The notes beneath the pieces are model-generated. The model was not told where the DNA came from. It ran no database searches and saw nothing but the letters and a program-made list of their open reading frames with translations. Positions 53,949 through 64,000 of a stretch of DNA of 64,000 nt are shown here, one piece after another. Source of the DNA: Camelus ferus (taxonomy: Eukaryota). The stretch spans positions 9,860,001 to 9,924,000 of the forward strand of contig NC_045696.1 of NCBI RefSeq assembly GCF_009834535.1, written 5' to 3'. The number at the start of each line of letters is the position of its first letter. The stretch's first letter is position 1. Both the position numbers and the translations under genes were made by a program.

Positions 53949-54273
53949 CCCCTGCACTCTGCCTGCTGGTCCTTGCTTATGCTGATTTCTCACCTGAAAT
54001 ATTCTTTCCTGTTCCTATAACACTTACATTTCCCATTCATTCATTCAACAGATGTCTGCTGAGTGCCTACTATGTGCCACTGACTATTCTAGGCACTGAG
54101 GATACAGTAGGGAACAAAAAAGAGAAAAGTAAAGTTATGAGCTTATGTTTTTGGTTGAAGGGAGATGCAAAGCATAAGCAAGCAGAAATGCAGGCTGTGT
54201 CCAGTGGTACTAAGTGATATAAAGGAGCGCTAAGCAGGAGGGAGGGTGGGTGACAAGATGGTGGGGTTACGTT

Positions 54274-56216
54274 TCTTTTTTTAACATTTTTTACTGAGTT
54301 ACAGTCATTTTACAACATTATGTCAATTTCCAGTGTAGAGCACAATTTTTCAGTTATACACGAGCATACATATATTCATTGTTGCTTTTTTTTTCACTGC
54401 GAGCTACCACAAGATCTTGTATATATTTCCCTGTGCTATACAGTATAATCTTGTTTACCTGTTCTACATATGCCTGTCAGTATCTACAAATTGCGAGCTC
54501 CCAGTCTGTCCCTTCCCACCCCTCTCTCCCTTGGCAACCACAAGTTTGTATTCTATGTCTATGAGTCTGTTTCTGTTTTGTGTTTGTTCTTTTTTTCTTA
54601 GATTTCACGTGTGATCAATCTCATATGGCATTTTTCTTTCTCTTTCTGGCTTACTTCACTTAGAATGACATTCTCCAGGGACATCCATGTTGCTGCAAAT
54701 GGCGTTATGTTGTCGGTTTTTATGGCTGAATAGTATTCCATTGTTTAAATATACTACATCTTCTTTATCCAGTCATCTGTTGATGGACATTTAGGTTGTT
54801 TCCATGTCTTGGCTATTGTAAATAGTGCTGCTATGAACATTGGGGTCCAGGTGTCTTCTTGAAGTAGGGTTCCTTCAGGATATATGCCCAGGAGTGGGGT
54901 TACTGGGTCATGAATCAACAGGAAAAGAAAGTAAAGAAACAATTCCCTTTAAAATAGCACCCAAAGTAATAAAATACCTAGGAATAAAGCTAACCAAAGA
55001 GGTGAAAGACTTATACACAGAGAACTATAAAACACTGATTAAGGAAATTAAAGACTTAAAAAAATGGAAAGATACCCCATGCTCCTGGATTGGAAGAATC
55101 AATATTATTAAAATGGTCACACTACCCAAGGCAATCTACAGATTTAATGCAATCCTTATCAAATTACCCAGGACATATTTCACAGAACTAGAACAAATCA
55201 CAATAAAATTTATATGGAACCACAAAGGACCTAGAATTGCCAAAGCATTACTGAAGAAAAAGAAAGAGGCTGGAGGAATAACTCTCCCAGACTTCAGACA
55301 ATACTGCAGAGCTACAGTAATCAAGACAGCATGGTATTGGTACAAAAACAGACATATGGACCAATGGAACAGAATAGAGAGCCCAGAAATAAACCCACAA
55401 ACTTTTGGTCAGCTAATCTTCAACAAAGGAGGCAAGAATATACAATGAAATAAAGAGTCTCTTCAGCAAATGGTGTTGGGAAAACTGGACAGCAGCATGT
55501 AAATCAATGAAGCTAGAACACTCCCTTACACCACACACAAAAATAATCTCAAAATGGATCAAAAACTTAAACATAAGACAAGATACAATAAACCTCCTAG
55601 AAGAAAACATAGGCAAAACATTATCTCACATACATCTCAAAAATGTTCTCCTAGGACAGTCTACCCAAGCAATAGAAATAAAAACAAGAATAAACAAATG
55701 GGACCTAATTAAACTTACAAGCTTCTGCACAGCAAAGGAAACCATAAGCAAAACAAAACGACAGCCTACAGAATGGGAGAAAATTTTTGCAAGAGATGAA
55801 ACCGACAAAGGCTTGATCTCCAGAATATATAAGCAGCTCATACGACTTAATAAGAAAAAAAACAAACAACCCAATCCAAAAATGGGCAGAAGACATAAAC
55901 AACCAATTCTCCAAGGAAGACATACAAATGATCAATAGGCACATGAAAAAATGCTCAATATCACTAATTATCAGAGAAATTCAAATGAAAACTACAATGG
56001 AGAGGTATTACCTCACACCAGTCAGAATGGCCACCATTCAAAAGTCCACAAATGACAAATGCTAAAGAGGCTGTGGAGAAAAGGGAACCCTCCTACACTG
56101 CTGGTGGGAATGCAGTTTGGTGCAGCCACTGTGGAAAACGGGATGGAGATTCCTCAAAAGACTAGGAATAGACTTAGCATATGAACCAGGAATCCCGCTC
56201 CTGGGCATATATCCAG
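54274..56216 (-). mobile_element. Young camelid-type L1 with 5' inversion (minus 54274-54912; plus 54913-56216) inserted in an L2
   Basis: Well-preserved ORF2 ([35 protein letters not shown]) on plus. ORF2 end and 3'UTR on minus, near-identical in type to 26520-27270. Confidence 0.92.
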
Positions 56217-57434
56217 GGGACTAAGTTTTTAAATAAGGTGGACATGAAAGTCCTCACCGAGAAGATGACATTTAAGCTCGGCTTGGACATAATTTCCTCC
56301 TAGAAGCCTTCTGGAAATCCTCCAAGCCCAGGTTAAGCACCATATTTATGAACTTCCACTTCATTGCACTCAACATGCTATAGGGCATTTTTCTGTTCAC
56401 CTGTGAGTATCAGCTGTAAACTGTGGGGGCAGGGAATGAGTCTGTTATTTACTGAACAGCAGCAGCTCCTTGCAGATGTTCATTCTGTTTGTTGGACCAA
56501 TGAATTAATTGACAGCTTATGTTATGTACAAGTCATGCAGATCATTTATACGGTATTTATGGTCATGCTGTTTTACAAGGCACTCTCCCACCCTCTGCCT
56601 CATGTGAGATGGGCAGGTAAACTTGTCCCCTTTTAACAGACTCTCAGAAAGGTTAAGTTTCTCGTCCAGGGTGTCACAATAAGAGGAAATTCCAGCTCAA
56701 ATCCACCTCTCACGTCTCCAGAACCAATGTGCTTTCCAGAAAAATCCCACTGCCTTCCTGAATCACACTCTGTAAAAACACAAGCCAACAAGTCAAATGC
56801 ATTCACCATTCTCAGCCAATGTATATTCAATTTTTTACCACACAAAGACCTCTGCTTTTCCCTTCGTTCCTATCTTCCCATCTCCCCAGAAGGCTCTCAC
56901 TAGATGCTAAAACCAACATGTAAACCCCAAGGGAAGCCTTCTGGAATTCCTCCATGTAGACACTGCACGGCTTGCCTTTGTTTTCACACTATTTGTCCGA
57001 ATGTTTCCTGCCCTTCTCCAAGTACACTTTTAGCAGATTCATTCAGACAACCACAGAGCGGGGATCAACTGAAGTACCCTCATCTCTGGCACCTTTGAGC
57101 CGATGTTGCCTTTGCGACGTGTTTGTTAAAGCATGTGAGGTTTGTAAAAGCTGCAGCCAGAATTGTAGGCGGGAGTCATTTAGCAATAATTAATAGCCTC
57201 TATCCCCTGCCTCCCCACTCCGCCCCCAGCTGACAAAGTGTCACTCTGTTTGGCCAAGAGGAACTGAGAAGGGGGCTGGGCATGAAAACTCACTGTTTAG
57301 CAAAATCTCTGCTACATGAGAGGGGCTGGCCCCGCTAGAGCAGTCTCAAAGGATTCCAGAGTAGGGAAGTGAACCCAAGCCTCCCTCACTTCGGTGAAGT
57401 GACTTCAGTTGCAGGCAGGGCTGAACAGTTCTTG

Positions 57435-57445
57435 GTAGTTTTCCA
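57435..57445 (-). promoter_or_regulatory. Distal TonE (NFAT5 site), TonEA-like, TGGAAAACTAC
   Basis: Minus strand GCAAGTGGAAAACTACCAAGA in non-repetitive sequence about 56 kb upstream. Core and flanks match my recollection of human SMIT TonEA, and SMIT TonEs are known to spread over ~50 kb of 5' flank. Confidence 0.7.
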
Positions 57446-58483
57446 CTTGCAGCTCATAAGTCCTCACTCTCTTTGGTTCTTTGTCACTTGCCCCATAAAA
57501 ACGCCCACTTCGGGGAACTTGAACGCTGCCTCCTGCCACCCACCAACCCAATGGCATGTGGGGAAGAGGGTTAGAAGTTCACATACTCGTCTCCTTTTGT
57601 CTCCTCATGTTTCTTTCTGCATAAGCACCTCTAAACAAGCCAAAGGGTTGTCGTGGTTGCCACATGATTTTGTCCTGATGGTTTCCTTCCAGCCTCCCGT
57701 CCTCCAGGCGGGTGGGCAGCAGGAGAGACTTAACTCTTTGATGAACAGTTTCCAGGACGAGCGGCACAGACAACAAAGTTAGCCTGGATGCTTTGAAGTG
57801 GTTGCTTTGTCACTGAAGGGCTTATTTCTACCAGCAATATTTCTTTGCAGTTGAATAGACACTGCAAATAATAATCGCCCTTATCTTTCTCAGAGAAAAA
57901 AAAATTTGTTTTCTCAGGGAACTGGGAAATTTCTCCTGTGAATGTAAACATTTAGGGGAGAAAAGAGATAAGCTCCCTGTTTCTAGTAACTAGGGATAAT
58001 GTGGGATCCTACGTTTTCACCTCCATCACTGTTCCTCTCTGAGGTTTGTGTGGCCCATATTCTGCCCCCGTTAGCTTTCAAGAAAGAAGAAGCAATCCTT
58101 CAATTCCTGTCCCCGCTTCCAGCTCAAATCGTTCAAACAGCTGGACTCTTTTGAAAAAAATGACTTTAATCATGACAAAAACATATTACTCGCAACACAG
58201 AACTGAGAGAGAAAAGAAAAACATTTTCTGTGATAGCTTTTCCTTTGCATTTCTGAAAAGTGAGGGAAATTTTCATTTAAAAAAAAAAGCCATAGAACCG
58301 TCTTAGGATGCACTCTGCATAGATGAGAGAAGACAGCCATCAAAATAAATTACAGAATGAGAAATGGCACCATTATGATCCTCTACTGCTTCTTTTCAGA
58401 AGTGTCCTTTTCCAGAAACTTCAGAACATATAATAAAAAGCAAAATGCTTTTATGAACAGCTTTTCAGAAAGGTGTCCCTTTT

Positions 58484-58590
58484 GGGAGGTCATAACTCAG
58501 TGGTAGAGTGCATGTTAGGCATGCATGAGGTCCTGGATTCAATCTCCAATATCTCTATTTAAAAAGTTAATTAGAAAAAAAAAGAAAAAT
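58484..58590 (+). mobile_element. Vic-1-type tRNA-derived SINE (camelid)
   Basis: GGGAGGTCATAACTCAGTGGTAGAGTGCATGTTAGGCATGCATGAGGTCCTGGATTCAATCTCC plus A-rich tail. Degenerate flanking repeats GAAAGGTGTCCCTT / GAAAAATGTTTCCTT. Confidence 0.85.
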
Positions 58591-59263
58591 GTTTCCTTGC
58601 GTCAATTATGACTAACAAAAATAAATAAGTCTGAATGAAAGCAAGAACTAGACCAAAATGAAATTAGCTTCCTTCTCAGCTAGACATTAGTCTAAAGGGT
58701 TGTGCTGAACCATCATTCCTGGTGATTGTGAACTGAAGTCTATGGAAGTATAAGCTTCCTGGCCAACTGGGAAACATGAAGTGTGGTTAAGAAAATGCTT
58801 GGAGTTTGTGCTTGGTTCAAATCTAGACTGAGTCATTTCCTTGTTGGAGCTCTTAAGCAAGCTACTGAGCTTTTCTCACCCGAGTTTCCTCACCTATAAA
58901 ACGGAAGTAAAAATAATACAGCCTCATCCATCGTGGGTTGTCAAGAAGATTAAAAGATAAGACAAATGCTTAGAGACACTAAATGCTTACGTTGGCACCT
59001 GGTACCTTTCAAGTAATTGTTAAAAAGCAACCACCATTATTATTACCAGATGGAATAGTCAGAAAAATGATTAACCACTGCTCAACAGGATTATCCCCCA
59101 TGTGTGCCAGGACTTGAAGCTAAACCAAATAGCTGGAGAACTTCCCATACGGAAGCATGTTAAGCATGGATGCAAAACCAGACTGAACCATACTCGCAAA
59201 ATCAGCTAGCAAATTTTCATCATGTCAAGTCATGTGGCAAGGTTCTCAGGGTTGGAAAGAGAG

Positions 59264-59649
59264 TGCTATAGACTGAATTTTGTCCTCCCAAAACTCATAT
59301 GTCGAGGTCCTAACCCCTAATGTGACTGTATTTGGATTCAGAGCTTTTAGAAGCTAATGAAATTTACATAGGGTCATAAAGGTGGGATCCTAACCTGATA
59401 GGATTGGCGGCCCTTAAGAAGATAGAGAGCTCTCTTGCCCCAAATGCATGCACCGAGGAAAGGCCATGTGAGAACATGGCACATGAGAAGGTGGTCACGT
59501 GCAAGTGCAGAAGAAAACTCTCACCAGGACCCACATTGGCCAGCACCTTAACCTTGGACTTCCCAGCCTCCAGACTGATAATAAATGTTTGTTGTTTAAG
59601 CCACCCCATCCATGGGACTCTTTTATGGGAGCTCGAAATGACTAAGACA
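59264..59649 (+). mobile_element. MaLR LTR (MLT1A/B-like)
   Basis: TGCTATAGACTGAATTTTGTCCTCCCAAAACTCATATG...ATAAATGTTTGTTGTTTAAGCCACCC...GACTAAGACA. Confidence 0.88.
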
Positions 59650-61002
59650 GAGCAAAGGATGTCACTTTTTCTTTCCCTGCCAGCAGAAAATTGAAAACGT
59701 GCCTTAATGAACACAGAATGCCTCCTTTCCTGAATAGCCCTGTCCTAGTTTTGAAGGATGGCCAAGTGTGCATAAAATTTATAGTGGTTTCATCTGATTT
59801 CGGAAGATAACTATGTCAAACCCCATTTTTTTAGGTTAAGTAACTTTCACATGAGGAAAAAAAATTCACCTCCCACTGGAGAGCCATGGTGTGCACCAGC
59901 AGTCAGCTGGAGGATATATTTTGTTGCACGATTCAGACCTATCAGCAGGAATGAGTAAGAAATCTGCTTCAATGACTTTTGTGAGAAGCCTCCTCAAAAC
60001 TAGAAGACTTAGTTCTCTCCTGACATACATTTCTGCAAACAATTCACGTCTAAAGATGTTATCATCAGTTATTGAAATTATAGTTTCCCCAAGGGAGTGG
60101 GCAGTGCCCCAGGAGAGATAAAAATGTAGATAGGAGATGAGTAAATCCTGAAACGTTCTAGTAATTTCTGCAGAAGCAAGTTCGATGGCCTCCAGTTCAC
60201 TGTAAGCAAAATGTTGCACAGCCCTTTGCACTTTAAAAGGTGGCCACTGTGGGATGGTGGCAGAGGTGCCGGGCTGGGATTCAGGAAATTCCAATTCAGA
60301 CCCATTAGCTCAATGACTGTTCCTTGAGGACCTATATTACATGTTATGTAAAGTGGAAGGAAACAGAGACTAAGCCAAACTACCAGGTCAAAACCTGGTC
60401 CTGCCCTTGACCAGGGCCCAGTGACCTTGGGTGAGTCAGTCACTCCCCATGCCTTAGTTTCCTGAGGTTGATGAGCTGGACTAAGAACATCACCTGAACA
60501 TCATCAGAAGCCCTCAGTGTGTTTGCAGTTATCTGTCCTTCCTGCTCCCTGGACCAGGGTCAGTCTCATGTACCAGCATTTACATCCTCTCTCTGATACT
60601 TCAGAGCTCCGATCTTTTGCAAAACACAGCCTGCAAGGGCTTCAATTTCCTTGTCTGGAGAATAGAGACAGCATGCCTGCCTCACAACAGGATTAGATCA
60701 GGATGAAGTGAAATAAAATACGCAAAGGGCATGCTATACAATGATTGCTCAGGGAACGTTTTCTTATTAATAAGGTTAATATTCCTTTTTCTTCAGCTTC
60801 CATCTCCTCCTCTTCTCTCATCACCAGTTAATTATCCACCGCGGAGAGTCCTTCTCAGCCCATGGCCACAGACAAACCCTGATGAGGCTCGTGGGTGAGA
60901 GAGGTTGCTGTGATCTCTCCACGTGGACTTTCTCTCTTCAGTCACCTGTGGTCAGGGTCTTACACACACAACACATGGTGGAAATGGAAATAATGATCTA
61001 AA

Positions 61003-61225
61003 TCAGTGGTCCACAGACTTTTTTCTATAAAAGGCCAGATAGTAAATATTTTTGGCTTTGTGGGGCATCTGGTCTCTGTCACAAAACTATTCAACCATGC
61101 TAATGTGTGAAAGCCGCCGTAGCAATCTGTAAACGAATGAGCATATTGGTTACAACAAAACTTTGTTTACAAAAACAGACAACGGGCCAGATTTTGCCTG
61201 TGAGCTGTCCTTTGCTACATCTAGA
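61003..61225 (+). mobile_element. MER58A-like hAT element
   Basis: TTTTCTATAAAAGGCCAGATAGTAAATATTTTTGGCTTTGTGGG...GGGCCAGATTTTGCC. Confidence 0.85.
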
Positions 61226-61287
61226 CTCATCCATTCAACAGACAGATACACAGGATGGGCACATCCCGGGTGCTGAGGACATTGCTG

Positions 61288-62402
61288 GATATGATTTGCC
61301 TATGTTTTCTTCTAGGGGGTTTATCTTGTCTTTTCTTACATTTAAGTCTTTAAGCCATTTTGAGTTTATTTTTGTGTATGGTGTGAGGGAGTGTTCTAAC
61401 TTCACTGATTTACAAGCTGCTGTCCAGCTTTCCCAACACCACTTGCTGAAGAGACTGTCCTTTCTCCATTGTATATTCTTGCCTCCTTTGGCAAAGATTA
61501 ATTGACCGTAAGTCTGTGGGTTTATTTCTGGGCACTCTATTCTGTTCCATTGAGCCACATGTCTGTTTTTGTGGATACCATGCTGTTTTGATTACTGTAG
61601 TTCTGTAGTGTTGTCTGGAGACTGGGAGGGTTATTCCTCCAGCTTTTTTTTTTTTTTTTTTTTTTTACTTCAGTATTGCTTTGGCAATTCTGGGTGCTTT
61701 GTGATTCCATATTAAATCTAGGATTATTTGTTCTAGTTCAGTGAAAAATGTCCTGGGTAATTTGATGGGGATCACATTAAATCTAGATTTCCTTGGGCAG
61801 TATGGCCATTTTAACAATATTAATTCATCCAGTCCAAGACCACTGGGTATCTTATCATTTCTTTTAAGCCATTTTTAATTTCCTTAATCAATGTTTTGTA
61901 GTTCTCCGTGTATACGTCTTTCACCTCCTTGATCAGGTTCATTCTTAAGTGTTTTTTTTTTTTTTTTTTTTTTGGATGTGATTTTGAAAGGGATTGTTTC
62001 TTTACTTTCCTTTTCTGACATTTCATTGTTAGTGTAAAGAAATTCAACTGATATCTGTATGTTAATCTTGTATCCTGCTACCTTGCCAAATTCTTTTATC
62101 AGCTCTAGTAGTTTTTTTTTTTTGTGGAGCCTTTAGGGTTTTCTATATCTATAGTATTACATCATGGACATGTAGTGACAATTTTACCTCTTTTTTTCCA
62201 AGTTGGATTTTTTTTTTTTTTTTTTTTTTTTACTTTTTCTTGTCTGATTGCTATGGCAAGGACTTCAATACTATGTTGAATAGAAGTGGTGACAGTGGGC
62301 ATTCTTGTCTTGTTCCAGATTTTAGCAGGATGGCTTTCAACTTTTCACCATTGAGTATTATGCTGGCTGTGGGTTTGTCATAAATAGCTTTAATTATGTT
62401 GA
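61288..62402 (-). mobile_element. Internal L1 ORF2 fragment lacking 3'UTR/poly(A), inserted in an L2
   Basis: Minus [43 protein letters not shown], same subfamily type as 54913-56216. Confidence 0.9.
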
Positions 62403-63210
62403 TATTTCTGTAAATGAAATAAACTCTTTGCCCTAATGGAGCTCAGATCATATCATAAAGGCACTTGTTATTGTCTATTTCCCACACTGAAGAGGGCAAG
62501 TGAAGGCATGTTTTCCAAAAAAAGAGTAAGCATTTCTGTGAGATGCTGCTAAAAGTTTAAGTAAGCTGAGGACTGAGAATTGGCCCTTGGCTTTGACAAG
62601 GAAGAAACCACTGCATTACAAGAGCAGTTTCCATAGAACAGTGGAGACAGAAGCCTGACTGGAGTGAATTCAAGAGGGACAGGAGGCAAGAAAGTGGAAT
62701 CAATGAGGCCAGAGCAGAAATGGGAAGCACAGGAGTGAGGTGGAGGGTAGAGAGGTTAGGCTCAGGGAAGATTTTGTTGTAGTTATTGTTTCAAGATAAG
62801 AACCTTCAAGCACATTTGTACAGAGCATGATCCAGAAGAGAGGAACAGGTGGACATCATGACACAGGAGAGAGAAAAGAGTGGTGTTCCAGAGTGATATT
62901 CTAGAGAGGCAAGAGGACACAGGCCCCAGAGCCCAGGTGAGGGCTTACCTTTGCAAGGGGCAGGTATAGTTCATCCCAGGTAATCGGAGGGAAGACAGTG
63001 CAAAGGGCACAGATGTCATTCTGGGAGAATAAAACAGTTCTCTTTCAATTGCTTCTTTTTTTTTTCCACTAAAATCAGATGAGAATGAGCAGAGGAAGAA
63101 GTTCTGAAGGGGGGATAAAAATATTCAAAACAGCCATCTCAGAGGCTAGGAGAGTGCATGGATCAGTGACATGGAACCAGCTTGCTGGGCAGTGCTGAGG
63201 TCACTCATGA
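62403..63210 (-). mobile_element. L2 LINE fragment
   Basis: GTAAGCTGAGGACTGAGAATTGGCCCTTGGCTTTG..GAAGCCTGACTGGAGTGAATTCAAGAG. Confidence 0.7.
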
Positions 63211-63734
63211 GGAGTGACCAGCCAGCAGAGTTGTGTTTTTCTCTAACTATTGCCCCTTCGTGGGAAGAACTTTCCCACTAGGACCCTTTCTAGGCCTCTG
63301 GCAGCCTTCAGAGTGTGCTCCTTCAGGTTAGATGTCAACGTCTGGTGTAATCAGCTGAGTCCAAGAGGATGGCCTGGGGGTATGAACCACAGTGCAATAT
63401 CTCTCCATAACTGTCTAGCTCTGTAAGCAGCTGTGTGTTGGCTGTGGGTCATTTCCCTAGAGTGATCTGTAAGCATCAAGCTCTAGAAGAGGTTGAGAGA
63501 GTGAGTAACAGTCTGGGGTCAGGCCTGGGAAGATCCACTTGGCATTAGGTGACTTTGATTTAGCATATGACAATGAAATCCAGGAATTTTACCATATTCA
63601 GAGTGTCCAAGACACATTGCAGCCTGATCCTGCTTTATTTTTTTTAAGTTCTTGCATCTGACAATGCACCCTATATCTATAGTGGGAGGGTACTCCAGTC
63701 TTGGGCTACCATCCATTCAGTTTTTAATACGTGC

Positions 63735-63915
63735 AAGGCACTGTGATAATAGCACTTACTTATTCTTTCAGATAATCCTGAAAACAATACAGTGGTCAGA
63801 ACTGTTATTGAGTCCATTTTACAGATGAAGTATCCAAAGCTGAGTATCTTCAGAAGCACAGAGCAAAATATATCACTAGATCTGTCAGACCTCAAAGTCT
63901 GTACCCACAACCACT
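63735..63915 (-). mobile_element. MIR SINE
   Basis: CCATTTTACAGATGAAGTATCCAAAGCT core. Confidence 0.55.
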
Positions 63916-64000
63916 AGTGTAGACTGAATATACCTCTCATTCAGTTACACATTGGATTTGACTGCAAGTAACAGAAACTCCAAAAATATCAACTTAAACA

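Noticed and set aside
54840..55938. Long RT-like ORFs as a possible active retroelement
   Set aside because: Truncated, inverted and stop-interrupted L1 ORF2 with no ORF1 or promoter.
58484..58555. tRNA-like sequence (also 42135-42208)
   Set aside because: Degenerate stems and an A-rich tail indicate SINE copies, not tRNA genes.
2600..64000. Additional host genes or lncRNA exons in the upstream region
   Set aside because: None could be supported from sequence alone. Non-coding exons cannot be excluded without transcript data.

Overview
Mammalian genomic DNA, most likely a camelid (two Vic-1-type tRNA-derived SINEs and young L1 3' ends). The only recognisable host gene is at the left end on the minus strand: a CpG-island promoter and first coding exon of MRPS6 (MPRYELALILKAMQR|GTAAGT). 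In other mammals this exon is shared with SLC5A3/SMIT1, whose CDS would lie beyond position 1. The remaining ~62 kb is repeat-rich 5' flank (L1, L2, MIR, MaLR/ERV LTRs, MER33, MER58, a near-complete Tigger2-family transposon). The most biologically meaningful signal is a set of NFAT5/TonEBP tonicity-enhancer motifs. Two match, as I recall them, the human SMIT TonEp (promoter) and TonEA (~56 kb upstream). Structural oddities include three 5'-inverted L1s, a candidate orphan retrocopy, a candidate short 3' transduction, a tail-less L1 fragment with expanded homopolymers, a recent 143-bp tandem duplication and a 24-bp perfect palindrome. I found no convincing evidence for a wholly new biological system. 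Repeat names and most repeat boundaries are by-eye estimates.
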